Below, in pieces: positions 49,774-61,551 of a stretch of 64,000 nt of DNA (its first letter is position 1; every line of letters begins with the position of its first letter). The stretch is from assembly GCF_006345805.1 (NCBI RefSeq), contig NC_042998.1, positions 30,938,001 through 31,002,000 on the forward strand, read 5' to 3'. The notes beneath the pieces were generated by a model. It worked only from the letters and a program-made list of their open reading frames with translations, was not told the DNA's origin and searched no databases. The translations under genes were made by a program, and so were the position numbers. The DNA is from Octopus sinensis (Eukaryota).

Positions 49774-50277
49774 GCGCGCATCTATAATTAAAACTAATAA
49801 TTAATAACCCGTCTTAAGTAAAAAGACACCAAATAACCAGTTATAACTAAATGAGCAACTCAATGTGTGGCAGACAATTAATGGAAACCATACTTTATAT
49901 CTTTAACCATATGCTTCCTGAATCTTACTGAGTCTTACACTTTGAATTATAAAATAAAGTAAAAATTAATATTTAATAGAGAATAATATTTGCAGGCTGG
50001 AGTAAAGAAACAATGATAGCAATAAGTTTCTTATTTTTAAGGCGGCAAGCTGGCAGAAACGTTAGCGCGCCGGGTGAAATGCTTAGCGGTATTTCATCTG
50101 CCACTATGTTCCGTGTTCAAATTCCACTGAGGTCAGCTTTGCCTTTCATTCTTTTGGGGTCGATAGATTAAATACCATTTCAGTACTGGGGTCGATCTAA
50201 TTGACTGCCCTCACTCCCCAAAAACTTTGGGCCCTGTGCCTAGAGTATAAAAGAATAAATTTCTAATTTTATTGCAG

Positions 50278-50357
50278 ATGACTTCCAAAAACGAAGTGGT
50301 GTCACACTGACAACAGCAAGAAGTTTCGTTGACCATTATAAAGTCCTCAATGATGCA
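50278..50357 (+). CDS. Exon 8; VWD1 end
   Basis: ATTGCAG / GTAAGA, phase 1-0; (N)DFQKRSGVTLTTARSFVDHYKVLNDA. Confidence 0.9.
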
Positions 50358-50729
50358 GTAAGATCTTATTCATTTCTTCTTCAGTTTCCTCAGTGAGACA
50401 TTTCTAACAAAAACTTTCATTTAGTTGTTTGTATAGCCACAAAGTTTGGGTAGGGCACAATCAATCATATTCGCATTAGTTCTTTATTTTATTGCTCACG
50501 GAAAGGTGTAAAGCCAAGTTCACCTTAGAGAGATCTGAACCCAGAACATGTAGAGCTAAAGATATTTTGTCTGATGCTCTCATGGTTCTGCCAATATACC
50601 GCTTTGGATATTTAAAATATGTTAAATGAAGATAAGACATTATCATATAAAGAAATCGGTCTTTATTGTATGGTTATATAGAGATTTCCGCTTTTGCTCT
50701 TTTGAACTCGAAAGTTAACCAAGCTTAAA

Positions 50730-51190
50730 GTTGTGATACCTGTGCCAGTGGCACATAAAAAGCACCATCCGAATGTGGCCGTTGCCAGCACCGCCTCGAC
50801 TGGCTTCTGTGCCGGTAGCACATAAAAAGCACCGTCTGAACGTAGCCGATGCCAGCGCTACCTCGACTGGCTCCAGTGCCGGTGGCACATAAAAAGCACT
50901 ATCCAAACGTGGCCGTTGCCAGCTCCGCCTTGGCTGGCTTCCGTGCTGGTGGCACGTTAAAAGCTCCAACCAATCGTGGCCGATGCCGGACCCCCCTGGC
51001 ACCTGTGCAGGTGGCATGTAAAAAGCACCCACTACACTCACGGAGTGGTTGGCGTTAGGAAGGGCATCCAGCTGTAGAAACTCTGCCAGATCAGACTGGA
51101 GCCTGGTGCAGCCCCTGGCTTCCCAGACCCTGGTTGAACCGTCCAACCCGTGATAGCGCGGAAAACGGATGTTAAACGATGATGATGATG
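50730..51190 (+). mobile_element. RTE 3' UTR-only copy with five tandem hairpin units
   Basis: Units begin at about 50741, 50808, 50875, 50942 and 51004; terminus GGCGTTAGGAAGGGCATCCAGCTGTAGAAAC..(GAT)n. Confidence 0.85.
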
Positions 51191-53265
51191 AAAGCTTGTA
51201 TGGCAAGAAGTTAGCTTCTTCCAGCCACATGGTTCTGGGTTCACTTCAATTGCATCTTGAGCAAGTGTCTTCTACTAAAACCGCAGGCTGACCAAAGCTT
51301 TGTGAGCAGATTTGGTAGAGAGAAGCCGATTACATTATTTCTTCCTCACTGATACCAAGTCTGACTTCAGTTTAGGAAGTTGATGCCTTACAATTCCTTC
51401 TGCTATGGAATTCATGCTATTAAAACTTAAGCCTTGGTTTGTATTAATCATATCATGACTCTATTTGCATCAGTCATCTATCTTGAAAATTACTTTGCGC
51501 TAAGCATCACCCATCATTATTTAATATTTGGGATCTTTTTTGTTAGGTTGCCAGCATCAATTTTCCGATTGAATTGATTTCATATTCAGTGTAATGGTAC
51601 TCTTTTATAGGCTAATTAATGATGTGTTAGTAATTTTCACTATAAATCAATAAATAAAGAGTTATTAGTAATTAAAGTTTGAAAATTTTGGTAACTGTTT
51701 TTCTCTTTTAAATTAACAGAAACATTTATTTACATGAAAGAAAATTGCCGGAGACATAACACGTGTTGTTTACAAATATTGACAACACGTGCGATTTTCA
51801 GGATGTTGACAACAAAATGAGCAGTCACACATAAAATGACAGCTTCCGATTTCTGTTTCCTGATTGGGTGAAAATGATCAAACTTTAAACCTCTATAACT
51901 TTTAAAATCATTTTTTTGGAAAAAATGAAATAACTCCAGCAGTTTAGTTTGGGCAAGTGTGTTATCATGCCAAATTAAAACATTTTCGGTAAACTTTAAT
52001 TTTTGGAGCTACTGGCAACCAGACAGAAAAGATCTCAATCATCATCATCATCATCATCATCATCGTTTAATGTCCACTTTCCATGCTGGCATGGGTTGGA
52101 CAGATTAAAATCATTCCTGCAGCTGTTGGCATCTCTTTTGGCTTCACCCTCTCATTTCAAATACCACCAGCACTGACTTTGTCTTTCATTCTTTTAAGGT
52201 CAATAAAAGAAGTACAAGTTGAGTACTGGAAGTACTTTAAATGACTGACCCCTCTCCCTCTAAATTTGCTGGTTTTCTGCCAAAATTTGAATCCATCATT
52301 TAATAATTCTAACCATGACAGGCACTGCACTCCTGGTAAACCAAGTCCATGCAACTGGTTTTAGTAACTGGTTAAAACCATTACAATTCTCTTGTACAAG
52401 TTGTAGTGACATCATTCTTCAGTGTGCGTGTGCGGGGCTGGAACCTTCTGGAAAGGCCTAAGGAAGTTCCCTAATGCACATGCGCTAAAAACTGGGAACG
52501 AGAATTCTATGGCGTTCGTTGAAGAGAGAAGACATGTTTAATGTGTTATTAGCCTTTGCTCCTGTCCCAGACGCTTGGGATTCGACCGGCTCTGTTGCTG
52601 CTGGAGTTGTTGTGAGGTTTATCTTTACAAATGTTTAACTTCAGTCTTGCTGTACCTACACCAAGTGGTTACCAATTTACCAACGTGCCTTCTTTATGTA
52701 AATAACGAAATAACATGTCATATTTTTAAGGTTGCTTTCTTGTTCCTGACACCGGTAGTTTTTGGAAACAAAGAAGGAAATTGTGTTGCACCCAAACAGT
52801 GCAAAAGACACAACCCGTTCCAGACAGTTCCTTTACAAAGTAAATTCCTCAGGAAAGACCTCAGTGTTACTCTGCATTATTTTCTCTCTCCTGAAATATA
52901 GTTTTATTGACTGCGTCAAAAGATAAACAAGGTATAGGCATAGCTGTGGGGTAAGACATTTGCTTTCCAACCACATGGTTTCAGGTTCAGTCCCACTGCA
53001 TGGCATCTTGGACAAGTGTCTTCTGCTATAGCCTCAGGCTAGCCAAAGCCTTGTGGGTGGATTTGGTAGATGGAAACTGAAACAAACCCTTTGTGTGCAT
53101 GTGTGTGTATCTTTGTGTCTGTGTTTGTAAAGGAATAAGAATAAAAGTATTTATTTTTTGTAAATTAGGCCTCACAGATTCACTTATATATCTAATATAT
53201 CATATACATATAATCCATGCCTTTTTCTGCGATATAAAACTGATTCCATCTCTTTCTTTACCCAG

Positions 53266-53355
53266 TCCACACTACATGAAGTCACTACAACTCAAGACAG
53301 TACCTATCCAGAAGCAAATGCGATATGTTATAAAATTGCTTCATTTAGAATTAGT
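53266..53355 (+). CDS. Exon 9; linker and C8 N-part
   Basis: TCTTTCTTTACCCAG / GTGAGT, phase 0-0; STLHEVTTTQDSTYPEANAICYKIASFRIS. Confidence 0.75.
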
Positions 53356-53557
53356 GTGAGTAAAACAAGAACTTTTAAAATACTCTCTTATATTCAAAAT
53401 ATTTCATTGTGATTTCATTTTCCTTCAATATTAAAATTGTGTTAATTATCCAATATGCTCTGTAAATTCATTCTTTCAACCTATGATAATTTCTAAACCA
53501 TTTTTGACAAATTTTGACATATCACCATAGTTTATCAAATGCTCCACATCTAGTTAA

Positions 53558-54158
53558 TACTTTTGATACCAACCTGGCTGAAACCACCTCTGACTCTGTT
53601 GTACAAATGTCTTGTTTTCAAAAATTCTGAATTAAAATCTTCCACCGAATCTTAGTCACAATTTATGTTCCGAACACTAGCTTAAAGATAACTAAGTTAT
53701 TTTACTAAATTCATTGTTATATTTAAAATTAATTGAAAGAAACACGGAGCATCTCAACAGAAATACGGTAACAAAAGGATTAAGGAGTGCACTGGGTGTT
53801 CTAGATGTGGCATTAACACTGGTACTTTGTTTGTGGCACCAAGTAAATTGCAAGACAAAAAGCCCTCAGCTGGGAGATGGAAAAATACTGAAGGAGGTGT
53901 CTTTGTGCAGGTTGGGAGATTAACACTTTAGCATTTAACCCTTTTAGTACCAACCTGACTGAAACCGCCTCAGGCTCTTAGTACAAATGTCTTGTTTGCA
54001 AAAATTCTGAATTAAAATCTTCCTCCAAACCTTAGTCACAATTTATGTTCCTAACACTAGCTGAATGATAACTAAGTTATTTTACTAATTTCTTTGTTAT
54101 ATTTAAAGTAATTGAAAGAAACACAGAGCATCACAAAATAAATACAGTAACAAAATGG
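53558..54158. mobile_element. Two piggyBac-type MITEs in direct orientation (53558-53779; 53939-54158)
   Basis: TTAA on both sides of each; the second starts CCCTTTT and ends AAAATGG; a related fragment lies at ~43815-43990. Confidence 0.75.
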
Positions 54159-54279
54159 TTAAATATTTTCCACTATTTTTCTCTCCTTATTTAACATTTT
54201 CAAAACGTGATGTCTACCTATTTTTAATAATTTTATATTCTTCTCCATCTAATCTCTGATAATCATCTTATTTTCTCAG

Positions 54280-54445
54280 GCTGAGAGCATTGTTATGCTT
54301 AACTACTGTTATGGTGTCGTCCGTGAAAGTGCTTCGGCAAGTGAAGCAATGGAGATAGCTTGCTTAAGTGTAAGAAATTCAGCTTTTGAATACGGAACAT
54401 TGAATATACCCATTTCGGACTGGAGAAATGATAATAACATTTGCC
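54280..54445 (+). CDS. Exon 10; reduced C8 domain
   Basis: TTTTCTCAG / GTAATT, phase 0-1; AESIVMLNYCYGVVRESASASEAMEIACLSVRNSAFEYGTLNIPISDWRNDNNIC(P). Confidence 0.85.
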
Positions 54446-55393
54446 GTAATTATATTTTCTTCTTTTTTGTTATCTAGAAAATTATCTTGGTAATACCTAG
54501 AAGGGAAGAAGGTTTAATGAGAAAGAGAGGGAAGAAATATCAGTTCAGTTCATGCTCACATAGGAAACAAAGCAGAGAGTAACATTATGTGGTGTTAATG
54601 ATGGATAATTTCTGATTATAAGCAGAAGAAACAACAAATAGGCACAGGAGTGGCTGTGTGGTAAGAAGCTTGCTTCCCAACTACATGGTTCTGGGTTCAG
54701 TCCCACTGCATGGCACCTTGAGCAAGTGTCTTCTACTATAGTCTCAGGTCAACCAAAACCTTGTGAGGGGATTCGGTAGATGGAAACTGAAAGAAGCCTG
54801 TTGTATTATATATATATGATACAAATAAGAAAATGGAGAAACAAATTTAGTTTGTTCATCAACTTACGGATATTATAATGTTGGATTATTTATTCATTTT
54901 ACAAATGAGAACATCAAAAGCATACAAAATGTTATATAAATCAATAGATAAGATAATAATACAAATACAGATTTTAAAAGTCACAGTATATTGGATAAAT
55001 GATATCCCATAGTGGGTTACACCCATAACCCCTATATTACTTTGTGTGTATATATGTATGTATGCATGTGTGTATGTACATATATATATATATCATCATC
55101 ATCGTTTAACGTCTGCTTTCCATGCTAGCATGGGTTGGACGGTCCATGGCACGTAAAAAGCACCCACTACACTCACGGAGTGGTTGGCGTTAGGAAGGGC
55201 ATCCAGCTGTAGAAACATTGCCAGATTAGACTGGAGCCTGGTGCAGCCTTCTGGCTTCCCAGAACCCCGGTCGAACCGTCCAACCCATGCTAGCATGGAG
55301 AACGGACGTTAAACGACGTTAATATATAAATGAAAGAAGGGCACTCAACACATTTATTGGGAGTTACATGTATAGATCAAAACAGTTTGTGTG

Positions 55394-55573
55394 TATGTGT
55401 ACTGTTGGCGATTTTTTTCCTCCGTCTTCCCTTCCTTGGATCTTTCCTTTTCCTATGTTTCTGATGAAGAGCTCTGCTCGAAACGTTAAATCCTTCTTTC
55501 TTTCCTTTCCTGAGCATCCAATAACACTATACTTGTTCCACGGTCTCGTGTTGTTGTGTTTTCATGTTTGGAT

Positions 55574-55580
<7 letters not shown>
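55394..55580 (+). mobile_element. Short hammerhead-bearing element (family D), ending in (TA)n; inverted homolog at 57420-57610
   Basis: The two copies are recognisably homologous over ~190 bp. Confidence 0.7.
55457..55491 (+). ncRNA. Minimal type I hammerhead (family D)
   Basis: GTTT-CTGATGA-A-GAGC-TCT-GCTC-GAAA-CGTT-AAAT: intact core, 4-bp stem II, palindromic ACGU stem III. Confidence 0.7.
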
Positions 55581-55620
<40 letters not shown>

Positions 55621-56039
55621 AAACTCCGAAGTCTCTCACCTTGTGTAATTCTTCTAGCAAGAACAAGATGACTGTTGTTTTTTTAATATACTTTCCTATG
55701 TGTATTGGATACCCTCTCTCTATCTTTTTAAACTCTCCTTCCCCTCCTCTCTCCCTCACACACACCTATTAAAAGGAGATGTTTATGTGTTTAAAGCAAA
55801 GGGACAGCAGTGGACCAGCTACTTTCTTCTTGTTTTGACTAATCACCCTATTTAAATAGTGTATCCTATGGAGGATTTTCACTTTCTTTTCCGTATTGAT
55901 CTGTTTATTTAATGCTCCTTCCTCAATGTTAAGCTCATGTTTTTTTGATTTCTTCCTGCTTATCTCTTTCTGTTGCTTATCTTTTCCGTACTGATTTTCC
56001 TTTTGTTAAAACTTGGCCATTTCCTCTTGATAAACATCC

Positions 56040-57417
56040 GGCACCTGTGTCGGTGGCACATAAAAACACCATCCGAAGACCCGGCAAGACTAGGCACCTG
56101 TGTCGGTGGCACATAAAAACACCATCCGAAGACCGGCAAGACTAGTCAGGCCATAATCCGTGGCCCCAACCTGGGACGTAGTCAGTCCACCTGTGCATAC
56201 CTTCCTTCTTGTGACACTTGTGAAGACCTTTTGAGGCAAGTGAAAGTGAAAATCAAAATAAAATAGATGAACATCAATGGAATTTGTATCTTTATGGTAC
56301 CAGTGCCGGTGGCACACAAGAAAACCATCCGAACGTGGCTGTAGCCAGTACCGCATCGACTGGCCTCCGTGCTGTGGGCACGTAACAAACACCATCCGAT
56401 CATGTCCGTTCGCCAGCCTCATCAGGCACCTGTGTCGGTGGCACATAAAAACACCATCTGAAGACCCGGCAAGACTAGTCAGGCCATAACCCGTGGCCTC
56501 TACCTGGGACGTAGTCAGTCCGCCTGTGCATACCTTCCTTCTTGTGACACTTGTGAAGACCTGTTGAGGCAAGTGATCAAATCAAAACAATTCAAAATAG
56601 ATGAACATCAATGGAATTTGTATCTTTGCGGTACCAGGGCCGGTGGCACACAAGATAACCATCCGAACATGGCCGTAGCCAGTACCGCATCGACTGGCCT
56701 CTGTGCTGTGGGCTCATAACAAACACCATCCGATCGTGGCCGTTCGCCAGCCTCATCTGGCACCTGTGTCGGTGGCACATAAAAACACCATCTGAAGACC
56801 CGGCAAGACTAGTCAGGCCATAACCCGTGGCCTCTACCTGGGACGTAGTCAGTTCACCTGTGCATACCTTCCTTCTTGTGACACTTGTGAAGACCTGTTG
56901 AGACAAGTGATCAAATCAAATCAAATCAAATCAAAATAGATGAACATCAATGGAATTTGTATCTTTGTGGTACCAGTGCCGGTGGCACACAAGAAAACCA
57001 TCCGAACGTGGCCGTAGCCAGTACCGCATCGACTGGCCTCCGTGCTGTGGGCACGTAAGAAACACCATCCGATCGTGGCCGTTCGTCAGCCTCGTCTGGC
57101 ACCTGTGTCGGTGGCACAAAAAAAACACCATCCGAGCGTGGCCGTTCGCCAGCCTCGTCTGGCACCTGTGTCGGTGGCACATAAAAACACCATCCGAGCG
57201 TGGCCGTTCGCCAGCCTCGTCTGGCACCTGTGTCGGTGGCACATAAAATCACCCACTACACTCTCGGAGTGGTTGGCGTTAGGAAGGGCATCCAGCTGTA
57301 GAAACACTGCCAGATCTGACTGGCCTGGTGCAGCCTTTGGGCTCCCCAGACCCCAGTTGAACCGTCCAACCCATGCTAGTATGGAAAGCGGACGTTAAAT
57401 GATGATGATGATGATGA
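56040..57417 (+). repeat. Concatemer of an RTE 3' UTR: three ~333-bp units plus sub-repeats and one normal terminus
   Basis: GAC(C)CGGCAAGACTAG recurs at 56078, 56131, 56463 and 56797. Confidence 0.9.
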
Positions 57418-57514
57418 TATATAGTTAATCCAAACAAGAAAGCACAAAAAAAACACAACAACGCGAGGATGTGGAACAAATATAGTATTATTGAACGCTA
57501 AGGAAAGAAGGAGG

Positions 57515-57549
57515 GTTTAACGTTTCAAGCGGAGCTCTTCGTCGGAAAC
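57515..57549 (-). ncRNA. Degenerate hammerhead (family D)
   Basis: GTTT-CCGACGA-A-GAGC-TCC-GCTT-GAAA-CGTT-AAAC; core U4 replaced by C. Confidence 0.5.
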
Positions 57550-58334
57550 ATAGGAGAAGGAAAGATCCAGAGAAGGGAAGACAGAGGAGAAAAAATCGCC
57601 AACAGTACACATATATATATATGTATATGTATGTATGTATTTGTGAGTCTGTGTTTGTCCCCCCACCATCACTTGACAACCTATGTTGGTATGTTTACAT
57701 CCTTGTAACTTAGCAGTTTGGCAAAAGAAACCAATAGCAAAAGTATTAGGTTTACAAAGAATAAGTCCTGGGGTCGATTTGTTTGACTAAAGGTGGTGCT
57801 CCAGCATGACCGCAGTCAAATGACTGAAACAAGTAAAAGCAAAAAAAAAAAAAATAGTAAATATACATTCAGTCATTCTAGCTTTTTTTTTTTGTTTTGG
57901 TTTTGAATTTAAAATGTCGTCATAGCTCTGATATGGCTGAGTGGTAAGCAGTTTGCTTCTCCTCTGCTCATATGTTTCCAACGGGCTTGGGTCTGCATCT
58001 GTTAAGGTGTGCACCCCAATCTTACTAATTTGTGAACACTTGCAAAAACCATAGGCACTACTTGTCTGCCTCTGACTATCCTAAAATGATGATGATGATG
58101 AGGAGGAGGAGGTGGTTTACCTAACACTCTAAGTTTCCTGACAGTTGACTCGTGAATTATAATACCCTAGTTTGAGACTTCGTAACTCCCATTTCATGAA
58201 TTCTTTGATATTTAATCCAGCCAAATCCAGCCCAAATATTCTCTCAGCTTTACATTAAAACTGACCAGATCCAACTTCTCACACCTACCCTACAATATTG
58301 TTCTAAAAATATACAAACACACCACTGAAATCTT

Positions 58335-58632
58335 AAGCCAGAAAATAATGCATGAGTCCGTTGCCAGCCTCGCCTGGCCCCCGTGCCGGTGGCACATAAA
58401 AGCACCATCCGTTCGTGGCCATTTGCCAGCTCCGTCTGGCACCTGTGCGGGTGGCACGTAAAAAGCACCCACTACACTCACGGAGTGGTTGGCGTTAGGA
58501 AGGACATCCAGCCGTAGAAACACTGCCAGATCAGACTGGGCCTGATGCAGCCTTCTGGCTTCACAGACCCCAGTTGAACCGTCCAACCCATGCTAGCATG
58601 GAAAACGGACGCTAAATGATGATGATGATGAT
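58335..58632 (+). mobile_element. RTE 3' UTR-only copy
   Basis: Hairpin units, terminal motif and (GAT)n. Confidence 0.85.
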
Positions 58633-59113
58633 TAACTTAAAACAGCACGAATAAAGAAGCATTACATTTGAGAAAGGAATCGAAAAGCTAAAAGGGTTAA
58701 TACAATAAAGATAACAAATACCATCCATGAATTTCCTGTGGCATCGCAGAGAAAATATTCTCCAGACTCCAAAGAAAATATTGAAACTGACCATGTCAAA
58801 AGAAGCCATAATATAAATTGATTTTCTCAGTTCCAAGCTGAGACAACACTTTATGTAAATTTCATTTATTGTTCTTATCAAAAAGTCATCAGAATATTCC
58901 GAGCATGAACATTTAAAAACGGTACCAACTTTAGAATGATATTTGGGGACTTATATCAAAATAAATAATAATTAATGTGTCTTACGAATGCAAGGTTTCA
59001 AATCCCTGGTACTGGAATTGGTAGACTTAATAATTTAAGTACTTGGTTATTTTGCTCAATGAAAATCTTTTAGAGAAAATAAAATAATTGTAAATTTTGA
59101 ATTTATTTATTAG

Positions 59114-59354
59114 CAACTGATTGTCCTGGAGGAATGGTATACAGTGACTGTGGACCTGCTTGCCCAAACTTTTGTGGCGGTGGTGGTGGAAATGCAGAAG
59201 AGAGCTGTGATTTTTCTTGTGTTCCTGGCTGCTATTGCCCTGATGGACAACGCTATGAACAAGGAAAGTGCATAACTGAAGAACAATGTCCATGTGAATA
59301 TAACGGAAAGAAATACTCGAATGGAACATCCACATATATGGATTGCTATCCCTG
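59114..59354 (+). CDS. Exon 11; TIL domain and start of VWC/E-like module
   Basis: TTATTAG / GTAATT, phase 1-2; TDCPGGMVYSDCGPACPNFCGGGGGNAEESCDFSCVPGCYCPDGQRYEQGKCITEEQCPCEYNGKKYSNGTSTYMDCYP(C). Confidence 0.97.
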
Positions 59355-59374
59355 GTAATTCTTTTATTCTTTTT

Positions 59375-59584
59375 TCTTTTATTTGTTTCAGTCATTTGAG
59401 TGTGGCCATGCTGGAGCACCGCTTTTAGTCGAGCAAATCGACCCCAGGACTTATTCTTTGAAAGCCTAGTACTTAATCTATCGGTCTCTTTTGCCGAACT
59501 ACTAAGTTACGGAGATATAAACGCACCAGCATTGGTTGTTAAGCGATGTTGTGGGGACAAACACAGACACACAAACATATACAT

Positions 59585-59629
<45 letters not shown>

Positions 59630-59787
59630 CACGATGGGCTTCTTTCAGTTTCCATCTACCACTCTCAAGGCTTTGGTCGGCCCGAGGCTATAGTAGAAGA
59701 CACTCGCCCAAGGTGCCACACAGTGGGACTGAACCCAGAAGCATGTGGTTCGTAAGCAAGCTACTTACCACACGGCCACTCCTATGC
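59375..59787 (-). mobile_element. SINE-1 in intron 11
   Basis: Matches the family. Confidence 0.9.
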
Positions 59788-59994
59788 CTATATAATGTTC
59801 AATATTCTCTGTTTTCTTTTTTATACTCTGCAATTTTCCCCAAATGCTAATTTTGGTCCTAATTTTAGCATTTTTAAGAATGTGCTGAACTAGTCTCATA
59901 AACAATTTATCTAGAGTTCCTTTAAAAGATCTTTTCTAAACCAAAAAATGTAGGTTCATTGTTTACATTGTCGAAATTTTATTTTACTTTACAG

Positions 59995-60136
59995 CGAATG
60001 TGTAAACAGTGTATGGCAATGTGCAACAAAGCAATGTCCTAAAACATGCAGCCTCATTGGGCAAAACACTTTCACTACCTTTGATGCATCAGTTTATACC
60101 ATGTCACCAGCTGCTTGTGAATATACCCTTGTTCAG
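59995..60136 (+). CDS. Exon 12; end of E-like module, VWD2 start
   Basis: TTTACAG / GTGAGT, phase 2-0; ECVNSVWQCATKQCPKTCSLIGQNTFTTFDASVYTMSPAACEYTLVQ. Confidence 0.95.
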
Positions 60137-60470
60137 GTGAGTAAAAATGTTTCTAAGATATGAATAGCTTGTTTTTCAAAAGGATTTTCAAGTCCTTCAC
60201 AGTAAAAGATCTTCTGACTAAACAACTCTTTTCTCCTGATTTTCAATGAATGAGCATTACCAATTAGTGTTTGATATTTGAATATTTCAGTTTTAATTTT
60301 CATCCATTAAAACCCACATTTACTCATATTTTCAAGTAATTCATCTGTTCATATAACTCTATTTATTAATTAACAAAACCTTTCGAAAAATAATTGTTTT
60401 AATACTTTTTACATCTAATTACAAAACACATTTCTAATTACTATAAAAAAATTTTTTCCCTTCTTTTCAG

Positions 60471-60776
60471 TCTATAAATACAACAAACGATCTAAAGATA
60501 TCACTCGAATTTGAGAGTTGTTCTTCTCCATTTAATTCTGACATCAACTGTTTTTTCAAACTTAATGTTAAGATGCATCATTATACTATCTCAATCAAAC
60601 CGACAGGGTATTTCATCAATTCCCTATATCAAAATGACACTGTTTTCTCTGGGAGCCACATTTTTGTGAAAAAAGTAACAAATAACTTCTACTTCCTTGA
60701 AAGTGACTATTTCAGTATTTCATATGAAGTAGGCGAAGCAGTCTACATAAAACTGGACCCGAAGTTCAGTGGACAA
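60471..60776 (+). CDS. Exon 13; VWD2 (gene continues beyond the window)
   Basis: TTCTTTTCAG / GTAAGT, phase 0-0; 102 codons SINTTNDLKISLEFESCSSPFNSDINCFFKL...EAVYIKLDPKFSGQ. Confidence 0.92.
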
Positions 60777-61551
60777 GTAAGTGAACAAATTTGATTTTTA
60801 CCAGCTTTCAATTTAAAATAATAAATTAGGATCATTTATTGAATGAATTAATTAATACTGGAGCAGCATCATAATTCTCATTACCATAATTCTGCTCTCC
60901 GTGCTGTTGTTAGTTGTCGGAGTACTGCATCCTTCAAAACTTCCATGCTTCCTGAGACTCACCAACACTACACCTGATTTTCTCCCCTCCATACACATGC
61001 AAGCATGTATCTGACTCATGCACTGTTCACTTTCCAGACATTTGTACATTACTGCATATGCTTTATATGCACTTTTGACAAGTTGTGGTGCACCTGAGCA
61101 CTATATACAATAATTTCATTATATATTACATATTATAAGTTGGGTGGGTTGATACAGTCTGAAACAGTTTTTATTTGGAGTCACTGCTTGTTTCAATAAC
61201 TCAGTCTCATCTTTCTTTCACATTCGTTTTTGACATAGTTTTTTTTTTATGAATGGGTACCCTTTCTAACACCAACTACTTTGCAAGAATGTACTGGGTT
61301 AATTTTATCATGGTACAAGCAAACTTCTGACAATAATTAAGCATCTTCTCTATATTACACTGCCTCCTCTGTTTGTTCAAAGAAACATAATGGTGAGGAT
61401 GAATAGAAGAGAGCTATCAAGGAAAGAACTAAACCAAGAGAGTGATAAAGGGAGTATTAATGGAAGGGAAACAGTGATAAGATTGGAGAGAGAAAGAGAG
61501 CAAACACATAAATCAAAAATGAATGAAGGAGGGAGCATTGGATGAGAGATT

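Noticed and set aside
50741-51030. CRISPR-like array of palindromic repeats
   Set aside because: Eukaryotic context; the inter-repeat segments are homologous to one another rather than unique spacers; it is part of an RTE 3' UTR; no cas genes.
52731-52839. Cys-containing candidate exon for the missing part of C8
   Set aside because: Its splice phases do not join exon 8 to exon 9 or 10, and the peptide lacks C8 motifs; 53266-53355 fits instead.
56455-56480. CTGAAGA in the 333-bp concatemer as a retrozyme hammerhead
   Set aside because: No stem II followed by GAAA; the motif arises at the GAA|GAC junction and reads CCGAAGA in the first unit.
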